64,000 bases of DNA from a virus. Made by a program: the position numbers and the translations under genes. Below are positions 1-6,239 of the stretch, piece after piece. Numbering within the stretch: the stretch's first letter is position 1; every line of letters starts with the position of its first letter. The notes under the pieces were generated by a model that saw nothing but the letters and a program-made list of their open reading frames with translations, made no database searches and had not been told where the DNA came from. The DNA lies in the IMG/VR virus record IMGVR_UViG_3300033058_000221, positions 1-64,000 of that record. One strand, written 5' to 3'.

Positions 1-560
1 GCCCTGATGTCCTCTTGGCTCGGCTGTGGGTCGCCCGATGGGTGATTGTGGACAAGCACGACAGAATTCGCGCTCTCCTCAATGGCAAATCTGAAAATCT
101 CTCTTGGGTGAAAGACACTTGAATTAAGCGTGCCTTCAAAAATCGTTGTCTCATTCAGCATTCTACCCCAATTCAATTCGCCTGCAAGTTCGCCTGCTTT
201 GCCTTTGGCAGTGATACCGCCTTTTGTGTCAAGTGCGAGAACGCAAACGATTTCCTTCGTCAGATACCGCATTTTGGACATAAGCAAATCTGCAACATCA
301 GAAGGTGACGTTATCTTCGACTTCTCGGCGTGGGAACGTGCAAGTCGCTTGCCCAATTCAAGTGCCGCCGCTACCTTCTCGGCGCGCTTCTCTGTGAGTT
401 TGCCGCGCTGCTGTAATTCACTTGTGCTGGCATTTGCTAAGCGTGGCAATTCTGCTTCATAGGCGATTAACAAATCCTCAGCGAGTTTCAAATCCGTTCC
501 CATCACACTCGCAACAAGTTCGGGCGTGGACAGATGCTCGGTCGGTCGCGGTGGATACAC
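1..560 (-). CDS. radC: RadC-like JAB/JAMM-domain protein (C-terminus cut by left window edge; start GTG 560 or ATG 503)
   Basis: Absent from the ORF track because it runs off the edge. My minus-strand translation reads VYPPRPTEHLSTPELVASVMGTDLKLAEDLL...ELQQRGKLTEKRAEKVAAALELGKRL...EIVCVLALDTKGG...SVVLVHNHPSGDPQPSQEDIR. That is the RadC N-terminal region plus the HNHPSG-x-P-x-PS-xx-D JAMM motif. Confidence 0.8.
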   Translation of the reverse strand, partial: MYPPRPTEHLSTPELVASVMGTDLKLAEDLLIAYEAELPRLANASTSELQQRGKLTEKRAEKVAAALELGKRLARSHAEKSKITSPSDVADLLMSKMRYLTKEIVCVLALDTKGGITAKGKAGELAGELNWGRMLNETTIFEGTLNSSVFHPREIFRFAIEESANSVVLVHNHPSGDPQPSQEDIR

Positions 561-612
561 CTTATCCCGAAGTTGTGCAGCTTCACGCCTGAATTTCGCC
601 GCTGCCTGTGCT

Positions 613-939
613 TCAAAGCCGCTTTTCCTCTACCGCGTCTTTGCCGTTGTCGTTCACTTCGTCAACGAACCAGTCTGGAGCGATGGGGGTGATAGTGCCT
701 GCGATATAAACCGCGTGTTTCAAGTCCTCAAACTCAATAACGCTGCTCATATCATCAGAAGCACCGACCAAATAAATATGGATTGTTTCACGCTCCACGC
801 CTTCAGCGTCTATCTCTGAATATCCCGAAAACTTGACAATCTCCACTTGGCGTTGTGCCTGTGTGTCAAATAAAATGTGTCCGATGTCAAAATCGCCAAT
901 GCCGTTGTCAAAACGGCTTGCTTCTAACTCTATACGCAT
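613..939 (-). CDS. hypothetical protein, 108 aa (internal ATG of track ORF 613..1047)
   Basis: ATG at 939 is preceded on the minus strand by cagaggatattttatc (GAGGA RBS). The stop lies about 50 nt upstream of the radC-like start. No family recognised. Confidence 0.6.
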   Translation of the reverse strand: MRIELEASRFDNGIGDFDIGHILFDTQAQRQVEIVKFSGYSEIDAEGVERETIHIYLVGASDDMSSVIEFEDLKHAVYIAGTITPIAPDWFVDEVNDNGKDAVEEKRL

Positions 940-1024
940 GATAAAATATCCTCTGTAGTTAAAAACTATCGTTGAGAAAAATCTAACTAATGGATAGGCG
1001 CGGAATGTGACCGCGCCTGTCCGA

Positions 1025-1255
1025 TTATGGCAGAGCGTTAACAGCATCGTGAAAATTAGCGTCTGTTAACGTCTCTTTGACCTCTTGAAGCGATTTGCAC
1101 CGCTTGATTGCTTCCACCAGCCACGCGTACCCATCGTCATAAAGCGATTCGTTGTAGGCACGTTTCATCGCCTCATCTACAAACATGAGCCGTAGGCGTG
1201 CCGATGCAGTGTTTTGCTTCGTTATCAGTCTTTTCAGACCGTCGAAGTTAATCAT
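1025..1255 (-). CDS. hypothetical protein, 76 aa (MINFDGLKRL...)
   Basis: ATG at 1255 with GGAGG RBS (acggaggtatcacgATG). The longer track ORF 1025..1330 has no RBS and overlaps the upstream small gene. Confidence 0.6.
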   Translation of the reverse strand: MINFDGLKRLITKQNTASARLRLMFVDEAMKRAYNESLYDDGYAWLVEAIKRCKSLQEVKETLTDANFHDAVNALP

Positions 1256-1268
1256 CGTGATACCTCCG

Positions 1269-1445
1269 TTAGCCCTCAATAACAGCAATTTGGTTGCCGT
1301 GCTTATCCCGAAGCGTATCAAAAAGCCCATCGGCTGCCAGAAGCGTTAAGTACGCGATCTTGCCGCCGAAGCGTCTAATATACCGCTTTGCCGTTGCGCG
1401 CGCGATAATCTTGATAACCTTATCGCCGTGCTTAACTTTTCTCAT
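1269..1445 (-). CDS. hypothetical small basic protein, 58 aa (MRKVKHGDKVIKIIARATAKRYIRRFGGK...)
   Basis: Below the track size cutoff; translated by hand. ATG 1445 is preceded by aacggagattttaca (GGAG RBS). The TAA at 1269-1271 abuts the RBS of the next gene. Confidence 0.45.
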   Translation of the reverse strand: MRKVKHGDKVIKIIARATAKRYIRRFGGKIAYLTLLAADGLFDTLRDKHGNQIAVIEG

Positions 1446-1551
1446 TGTAAAATCTCCGTTAGGTTATGCTTGATGCCTGCCTTGATACTCTCAAGACTTA
1501 ACCCACGCCTCCAGCACCAAGCCCGTGCATATCCTGCACGTTGTGGGATTT

Positions 1552-1575
1552 GACGCGCCCCGAAGGACGCGCCCG
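1552..1575 (-). repeat. intergenic hairpin repeat copy 1 (minus-strand RNA cgggcgcgucc-UUCG-ggggcgcguc)
   Basis: The 24-nt sequence gacgcgccccgaaggacgcgcccg is identical to copy 2. On the minus strand it folds into a 9-bp stem (7 WC + 2 G.U) with a UUCG tetraloop. On the plus strand the G.U pairs become C-A mismatches. Confidence 0.75.
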
Positions 1576-1585
1576 AACTGATTGA

Positions 1586-1936
1586 TTAGATAAGTTGCAA
1601 CTTTGCTAAAATCTCGTCTGCCTGTGCTATGTCTCGCTCGGCGTTGGGATTCAAATTCCCCGTCTCGTTAGTCACCAAGCAATACACATCATCATCAAGC
1701 CAGCCCAAAGCAGCCGATTCACGACTTACCTTGCACCGATAGTTATCGCTGTGATACTCGGTAATCTTTTCAAGTGTCATGTAAGCCTGCCCGTCGTTCT
1801 CCTCGTAGAGTGCCTGCAACTTCTGCGTGCAGTGGTTGTTGATACTCGTTATCCTGTATTCTTGCCCATCGGTCGTTGTGAACCACCACGCACCATTAGA
1901 AAATCGCTTTATCTGAATTTCCTGTGATTTATGCAT
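1586..1936 (-). CDS. hypothetical protein, 116 aa (MHKSQEIQIKRF...)
   Basis: ATG 1936 with GGAG RBS (tacggagatttcacATG), 22 nt downstream of hairpin repeat copy 2. The upstream part of track ORF 1586..2089 runs through the repeat and the neighbouring gene. Confidence 0.6.
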   Translation of the reverse strand: MHKSQEIQIKRFSNGAWWFTTTDGQEYRITSINNHCTQKLQALYEENDGQAYMTLEKITEYHSDNYRCKVSRESAALGWLDDDVYCLVTNETGNLNPNAERDIAQADEILAKLQLI

Positions 1937-1958
1937 GTGAAATCTCCGTAAAGTGAGA

Positions 1959-1982
1959 GACGCGCCCCGAAGGACGCGCCCG
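1959..1982 (-). repeat. intergenic hairpin repeat copy 2
   Basis: Identical 24-mer, sited between the stop of the 2-TM gene (1989) and the RBS/ATG of the 116-aa gene. The hairpin ends exactly 22 nt before ATG 1936. Confidence 0.75.
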
Positions 1983-1988
1983 TTCGGT

Positions 1989-2186
1989 TTATTCCTTATT
2001 CTTGACGTTAGGCCCATCGTCAAAGAGTTCTGCCGATAAGCCCGCCCCTGCTGCACAGCAAGGGAACAGAAGCAAGTATTGAACGCCACTGATAACGCTG
2101 CCGATTAGCATGATAAGACCGACAAACGCAACGACTCCAAAGAAAATCATCATCGCCGCGCCAAAGACCATCAAAAAGTTATGCAT
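1989..2186 (-). CDS. small hydrophobic (2-TM) protein, 65 aa
   Basis: ATG 2186 preceded by tatgggggcataca. Sequence MHNFLMVFGAAMMIFFGVVAFVGLIMLIGSVISGVQYLLLFPCCAAGAG is almost entirely hydrophobic. It is the first gene of the leftward operon. Confidence 0.55.
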   Translation of the reverse strand: MHNFLMVFGAAMMIFFGVVAFVGLIMLIGSVISGVQYLLLFPCCAAGAGLSAELFDDGPNVKNKE

Positions 2187-2208
2187 TGTATGCCCCCATA
2201 AACAGAGA

Positions 2209-2231
2209 ACGCGCCCCGAAGGACGCGCCCG
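2209..2231 (-). repeat. intergenic hairpin repeat copy 3
   Basis: 23 of 24 nt identical (acgcgccccgaaggacgcgcccg). The flank gaacgggcgcg...cgcgt[ct]tctc is shared with copy 2. It ends 22 nt before ATG 2186, the same spacing as copy 2. Confidence 0.75.
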
Positions 2232-2261
2232 TTCCGTTAGCAACTGCACGGCGTGTTTATG

Positions 2262-2310
2262 AAAAAAGCAGGAAAACGGCAAACCTTAGATGTGTCTTGC
2301 CGCGTCCTGC
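2262..2310 (-). terminator. intrinsic terminator/attenuator in the leader of the leftward operon
   Basis: Minus-strand RNA is GCAGGA-cgc-GGCAA-(14 nt loop)-UUGCC-guuu-UCCUGC followed directly by UUUUUU (2267-2262). On the plus strand it is also followed by tttt. Confidence 0.55.
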
Positions 2311-2358
2311 TTTTCACGCGCGGGGTGCAGTCGTTATGTGAATTTGTGTGATTTTGTG

Positions 2359-2377
2359 CCAATTCGGTGTGAATTGG
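2359..2377. promoter_or_regulatory. perfect 7-bp inverted repeat ccaattc-ggtgt-gaattgg (candidate operator)
   Basis: Lies about +7 to +25 relative to the leftward promoter. Related tgtgaatt/tgtgattt half-site-like repeats sit at 2337-2358. Confidence 0.45.
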
Positions 2378-2390
2378 TGTGTCTGGTGGT

Positions 2391-2419
2391 ATTATAGCAT
2401 ATCCCAAGCGATATGTCAA
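2391..2419 (-). promoter_or_regulatory. sigma70-type promoter, leftward (TTGACA-17 nt-TATAAT)
   Basis: The minus strand reads TTGACA (2419-2414), tatcgcttgggatatgc (17 nt), TATAAT (2396-2391). Both hexamers match the consensus perfectly. Confidence 0.7.
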
Positions 2420-2714
2420 GCGATTTTGGGGTTTTGGGTGCGAACTTGTCAAAATCTACCTTTTCCAAAGTTCAAACACACGCAAAATCACGCTTTATAG
2501 CACCATGTCAAGGAAAATCAGGCACATCCCAACGCACGCCAGCACGCACATGGCAGGGAATTCGGTCGCAGAGGGGAGGGGTATAGGGCAGCATCGCACA
2601 CAGACCGCTACATCGCCCGCACAGGCAGGACTAATGATTCTTGGGTCCAATTTTCAAAAAAAAATTAGAAAAATGGGAATGAAATTGTCCTTGAGGTATA
2701 CTATAAAGAAAAAT

Positions 2715-2743
2715 TTGACTTAATCAGCGAAAAATTGTAGAAT
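2715..2743 (+). promoter_or_regulatory. sigma70-type promoter, rightward (TTGACT-17 nt-TAGAAT)
   Basis: ttgact (2715-2720), 17-nt spacer, tagaat (2738-2743). It lies upstream of the AT-rich cassette. Confidence 0.6.
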
Positions 2744-2756
2744 TATAGCACATCGG

Positions 2757-2803
2757 CGGATAGGATTCTCAGCTCGATACGTCCTTGTATCGAGTCCTAT
2801 CCG
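2757..2803 (+). promoter_or_regulatory. long interrupted hairpin / inverted repeat in the 5' leader
   Basis: cggatagga (2757-2765) pairs with tcctatccg (2795-2803), and ctcgatac (2773-2780) pairs with gtatcgag (2787-2794). That gives 17 perfect bp with a 7-nt bulge and a 6-nt loop, starting about 10 nt after the predicted TSS. Confidence 0.6.
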
Positions 2804-2874
2804 GTCCCCTGAGAAGGATTTAACCGATTGCGATGGGACCTGAGTATATAGTAACCACAGAAAAGAAGGTATTT

Positions 2875-3081
2875 ATGAGAGGCAAGTTTAACATTTTTCT
2901 TTTGGGTGTTTCCTTAGGCGTTTTACTTGTCGCGTTGATATACTTCGCAGACGATATAAGAAAATTTATTATCAGCAGGAAAAATTGGATTAATCATCTA
3001 ATGCTGATTATGACTTTTATTAATACGTCTCTCATTATCTATATCCTCAGATTAACTAAAAATAATAACAACAGGAGCTAA
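2875..3081 (+). CDS. small 2-TM membrane protein, 68 aa
   Basis: ATG 2875 preceded by aaagaagg. Two hydrophobic spans (FNIFLLGVSLGVLLVALIYFA and WINHLMLIMTFINTSLIIYIL). Very AT-rich codons. Confidence 0.5.
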   Translation: MRGKFNIFLLGVSLGVLLVALIYFADDIRKFIISRKNWINHLMLIMTFINTSLIIYILRLTKNNNNRS

Positions 3082-3084
3082 ATC

Positions 3085-3420
3085 ATGTCAGAAACAACTG
3101 CGGAATACCAGATAAACACCAAGAACCCGAAAACAAACAATAACACACGCAATAGATTTGCGCGTCACGGTTTAGAGATACTCAAGTTAGCTGTCATGGA
3201 GGTGTTATATCAAAAAAAAGAGCATCTCCTCCAGCCTAAAGATATTCGCAACAGCCTGGATCTACCACCCACGAAATACACAGCTGGGAACACCAATAGT
3301 TTAATTCTTGGCGTTCTTTCATATTTAAAAGACGCTGGATATGCCGATCATATTGTCTCTTATGGATGGCAAATCACAGAAAAGGGAATGTTGGTTATTG
3401 AAGGAGGTGATAAAAATTAA
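3085..3420 (+). CDS. winged-helix-like DNA-binding protein (putative), 111 aa
   Basis: AGGAG RBS (caggagctaaatcATG). The segment GLEILKLAVMEVLYQKK...KDIRNSL...NSLILGVLSYLKDAGYADHI..GWQITEKG resembles a wHTH with a wing. No named family recognised. Confidence 0.5.
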   Translation: MSETTAEYQINTKNPKTNNNTRNRFARHGLEILKLAVMEVLYQKKEHLLQPKDIRNSLDLPPTKYTAGNTNSLILGVLSYLKDAGYADHIVSYGWQITEKGMLVIEGGDKN

Positions 3421-3907
3421 TATCGGCAGTTTTGACCTTGAATTCAAGCTTAAAAAACACGGCGGCTATATCTATGATGTCCGAGACAAGAAAAAACCGA
3501 GATTTGTCGGACTTATCATGGAAACAACCGCCGCGAAAGGCTATACATTATGCCCTTTCGTTCGAAGAAGCATACATTTTGATGCTGCAGTGCCGGACAA
3601 TCTTCGATCTCCGCTGAAGGCACAGCATTGGGTCATGGATCACGCAGTTATGTGGAATGCTACTCGAAGATATACAGTATTCAATGGTATTATTGGAATA
3701 CTTGTCCCTATCCCTAGAGTACTTCACGTTCTGCGAGATGTGCGGAGTGCGATAATTGTTCTACAACTGTTTTTTGCAGTGATACTCTACCAGCGTAACC
3801 CGAATAATTTGCTTGAATGGAGTGCTGTTATTATCGCTGCGAGTTGGGCAATTTACAACATTGTTATCCTTTGTAAAGATCATCGTATATTTAGCCGAAG
3901 GTTTTGA
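3341..3907 (+). CDS. membrane protein with soluble N-domain and about 3 C-terminal TM helices (start uncertain: ATG 3341, TTG 3398 or GTG 3407)
   Basis: Open frame overlapping the end of the previous gene. C-terminal hydrophobic spans are FNGIIGILVPIP, AIIVLQLFFAVILY and WSAVIIAASWAIYNIVIL. Confidence 0.45.
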   Translation: MPIILSLMDGKSQKRECWLLKEVIKINIGSFDLEFKLKKHGGYIYDVRDKKKPRFVGLIMETTAAKGYTLCPFVRRSIHFDAAVPDNLRSPLKAQHWVMDHAVMWNATRRYTVFNGIIGILVPIPRVLHVLRDVRSAIIVLQLFFAVILYQRNPNNLLEWSAVIIAASWAIYNIVILCKDHRIFSRRF

Positions 3908-3938
3908 ATCAACAAAATTAAATACTGTTGATTTTTAT
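3907..3938 (+). terminator. AT-rich intrinsic terminator after the cassette
   Basis: atcaaca (3908-3914), 11-nt loop, tgttgat (3926-3932), then tttttat. It begins at the stop codon of the 3341..3907 ORF. The stem is weak (7-8 bp, AT-rich). Confidence 0.4.
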
Positions 3939-3957
3939 ACACCACATCGTGTATAAT
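3928..3957 (+). promoter_or_regulatory. candidate promoter TTGATT-18 nt-TATAAT
   Basis: ttgatt (3928-3933) and tataat (3952-3957) preceded by tg. It overlaps the 3' arm of the terminator above, so only one of the two readings may be functional. Confidence 0.4.
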
Positions 3958-4453
3958 TTTTCAGCAAGATTCCACATTCTTCTGACATTATAAGGTTAAA
4001 GCAGAACCTTATATGCTATGAATGCAATGTGGCATCCCAAACAAGACCGTGTTTGGAGATGTTCCATTATTAAAACACTTTTTGTTTGAAATTTCATTAA
4101 AAAATTTCAATTTCTTGTGTTAATGGAGTAAAATCTTGTCATTTCGCTCAGTCATGTGGGCACGCTGGGATTGCAACGGGGGGGCACGCCGCCCCCTTGC
4201 CCAGTATACCAAAAACAACACATGACGAAGCCACATGACTCTCCAAATATTTGTCTAACGCCCTCATTTCAGGGATATTATGTTTTTTTACCTTGATGAA
4301 CTGTGTGTAGAACGCCGCTACGCCTTGTTTGTGTTGGAGCGGCATATTCTACATTTAACCTACTTTATTTTCCAAGTACGGGCAATCCAAAACCCTACTT
4401 TCTTAACGTTGTGCTGCCCAATCGGGTTGCACAGCGAATAGGGGACTTTTTTT

Positions 4454-5377
4454 ATGAATTTATCAGATTTTTCAACACCAGGTATCCAAGTACCAGAATA
4501 CAAAGAACTCTCGGAGATTAACTTTGCCCTTCCCGCGGTGGAATACACTGATAAGCATGTTCAGGGTATCATTGAGAATGATCTGACACTCCTTGAAACT
4601 GCTTTTTTTCTGAACCTGTTGGGCAATATGATTGCTGATACCGGTATCCTGCACGGTGCGCGTATCTCAACACTCGCCAAACGCCTCGGTTGTACGACAT
4701 CCTGCTTCTACGGTAAGGATAACCTCATAGATCGGATAAATGCCACCGGTATGGCGACGCTTCGGATCAAGAACAAGAAGGTTCACGGTCGCATCCATGA
4801 GCCGCCGAAAAAGCGGACAAAAAACTTGAAGAAGGAGCCGCCGATCTATCCGTTGGCTGTTTCGATGACGCACCGAGTCGCGCTACAAGGGCTGCTCACG
4901 AACACAGAAGCGAAGACTGTCATCCGAACACTGTTGATACTTTCTATGCACTGCGATCTTGATACCGGTGAGATCAACACCGAGCAACGTGCTTGTGAAT
5001 GGGCTGATATGATCGGTGTATCTCGAACATCCATTGAACGTGCGATCGACTGGCTCAATGAAAAAGGCTTTGCCCAATTGGACCGTGATTATGTTGTCAT
5101 CGGGTTTTTGCGATACACCGCCATGGCGCGCGGCTTTCTACGTGTTCACGCTGAAAAGCAAAAAGAGCTGAACGCGAAAACGAAAGCAGAAAAAGCGGCA
5201 CGCGAAGCAAGAGGGCTGCCACCGAAGCCTAATTATGCCGAGATAGAGTTGAAACTGTACAAGTTCTTCGGATTGGACGCTAAAGGGTGGACGCGAACGC
5301 TGTTCAAGGAGGCAACGAAGTTTCTATTGAAAGGGTTTATGCCGGAGGGTGAGTACAACCAAGTTGGCAGCCTGTAG
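4454..5377 (+). CDS. DNA-binding protein with two HTH/winged-helix-like segments (possible replication initiator or regulator)
   Basis: Segments ISTLAKRLGCTTSCFYGKDNLIDRI and WADMIGVSRTSIERAIDWLNEKGFAQL, with a basic coiled C-terminus. It is preceded by an AT-rich repeat-bearing region. The function is inferred only. Confidence 0.6.
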   Translation: MNLSDFSTPGIQVPEYKELSEINFALPAVEYTDKHVQGIIENDLTLLETAFFLNLLGNMIADTGILHGARISTLAKRLGCTTSCFYGKDNLIDRINATGMATLRIKNKKVHGRIHEPPKKRTKNLKKEPPIYPLAVSMTHRVALQGLLTNTEAKTVIRTLLILSMHCDLDTGEINTEQRACEWADMIGVSRTSIERAIDWLNEKGFAQLDRDYVVIGFLRYTAMARGFLRVHAEKQKELNAKTKAEKAAREARGLPPKPNYAEIELKLYKFFGLDAKGWTRTLFKEATKFLLKGFMPEGEYNQVGSL

Positions 5378-5755
5378 GCGTTCCGGTGGGATCGTGAAAA
5401 CGGAGGCACGATAACCACTGGATTCAACGGACTTATCAACAATTTTACGAACAATTCATCCACAATCTTCGCGAATCGTGCAAACCGAAACAGTTTGGAA
5501 AGTGGGGTTATAGACATGTGACGTTTGAAATAGACAAGTGCAATCGTAATTTCAAAATTTTTCGGGAACGCTGATACCCTGTGGGTTATCGGCTGCTTTC
5601 GCGCAAAGTTAAAGTTAACCTCTAAATTTGATAGGGTACTATCTTTAATTTCTAAATATTAATTGTTTAAGCGTGAACGCGGACTCGATAAATAAATGTG
5701 CAGAGGAAGGAGAAGAGAAGAGGTTAACAAGGAAACCGAAGAAGGGAGCGGAAAG

Positions 5756-5965
5756 ATGAACTTTGATGATTTGCTACAGCCACCGTATTTAGAACATCTC
5801 GATGACTCAGACTATTACATTTCGCTGGTCTGCGATGAATGTAGCCAGCCTTTTGAATGCCCGATTGACCAAGCGTTCGCGGACCTTGCATTCAAGGAAG
5901 ATCAGGGTGTTCCGATCTGTTGTCCGGTATGTATGCCACAGGACCCTTATGAAGATGACGTTTGA
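5756..5965 (+). CDS. small acidic zinc-ribbon-like protein, 69 aa
   Basis: ATG 5756 with RBS gaagggagcggaaag. Cys pairs CDEC...CCPVC. Confidence 0.5.
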   Translation: MNFDDLLQPPYLEHLDDSDYYISLVCDECSQPFECPIDQAFADLAFKEDQGVPICCPVCMPQDPYEDDV

Positions 5966-6049
5966 AAGGAGGTGATTGCGGAAACCGGAAGTTGACACCG
6001 TTGACCGTTGTTGGTAGATAGCCTTACTAACAGTGGTGTTAGGAGTTTT

Positions 6050-6089
6050 AGGGCGGTCTTTGCTAGAGGCTGCCCTTTTTCTGTTTTTT
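6050..6089 (+). terminator. Rho-independent terminator
   Basis: agggcgg (6050-6056) pairs with ctgccct (6070-6076), and inner tct pairs with aga. It is followed by ttttctgtttttt. Confidence 0.65.
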
Positions 6090-6091
6090 GC

Positions 6092-6120
6092 TTGACAGAA
6101 AAATAAAAATATTGTAGCAT
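6092..6120 (+). promoter_or_regulatory. sigma70-type promoter TTGACA-17 nt-TAGCAT upstream of the packaging/structural genes
   Basis: ttgaca (6092-6097) and tagcat (6115-6120). It shares the aaaWattgtagNat spacer and -10 context with the promoter at 2715. Confidence 0.55.
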
Positions 6121-6239
6121 ATTATATCAGGCGATTGACATTTGAATATTGGGTAAAAGTGTATTTACTTCAGGCGAACTGTGCTATATGGCACGGATTC
6201 GTCTTTTTTTGCTTTAAGGGGCTATTAAAGGGGTCTATT

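Noticed and set aside
130-462. Plus-strand ORFs 130..462 and 526..819 from the track.
   Set aside because: They lie antisense to the RadC-like gene and the 108-aa gene, whose translations carry clear family motifs or RBSs. The plus-strand products are low-complexity Ser/Ala/Pro-rich with no RBS.
1552-2231. Possibility that the three 24-nt repeats are a mini CRISPR array.
   Set aside because: Spacing is about 250-400 nt and the intervals contain RBS-preceded genes. Repeats fold as mRNA-sense hairpins at fixed distance from start codons, and no cas genes are present.
2379-2723. 114-aa plus-strand ORF and 71-aa minus ORF (2237..2452) in the control region.
   Set aside because: They span promoters, the terminator and the inverted repeat. 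They have no RBS, and the translations look like random sequence (His/Thr/Arg-rich).
4148-4548. Track ORFs 4148..4345(-), 4303..4521(+) and 4360..4548(-).
   Set aside because: They overlap one another, lack RBSs, and sit in an AT-rich structured intergenic region. The plus ORF runs into the well-supported 4454 gene out of frame.
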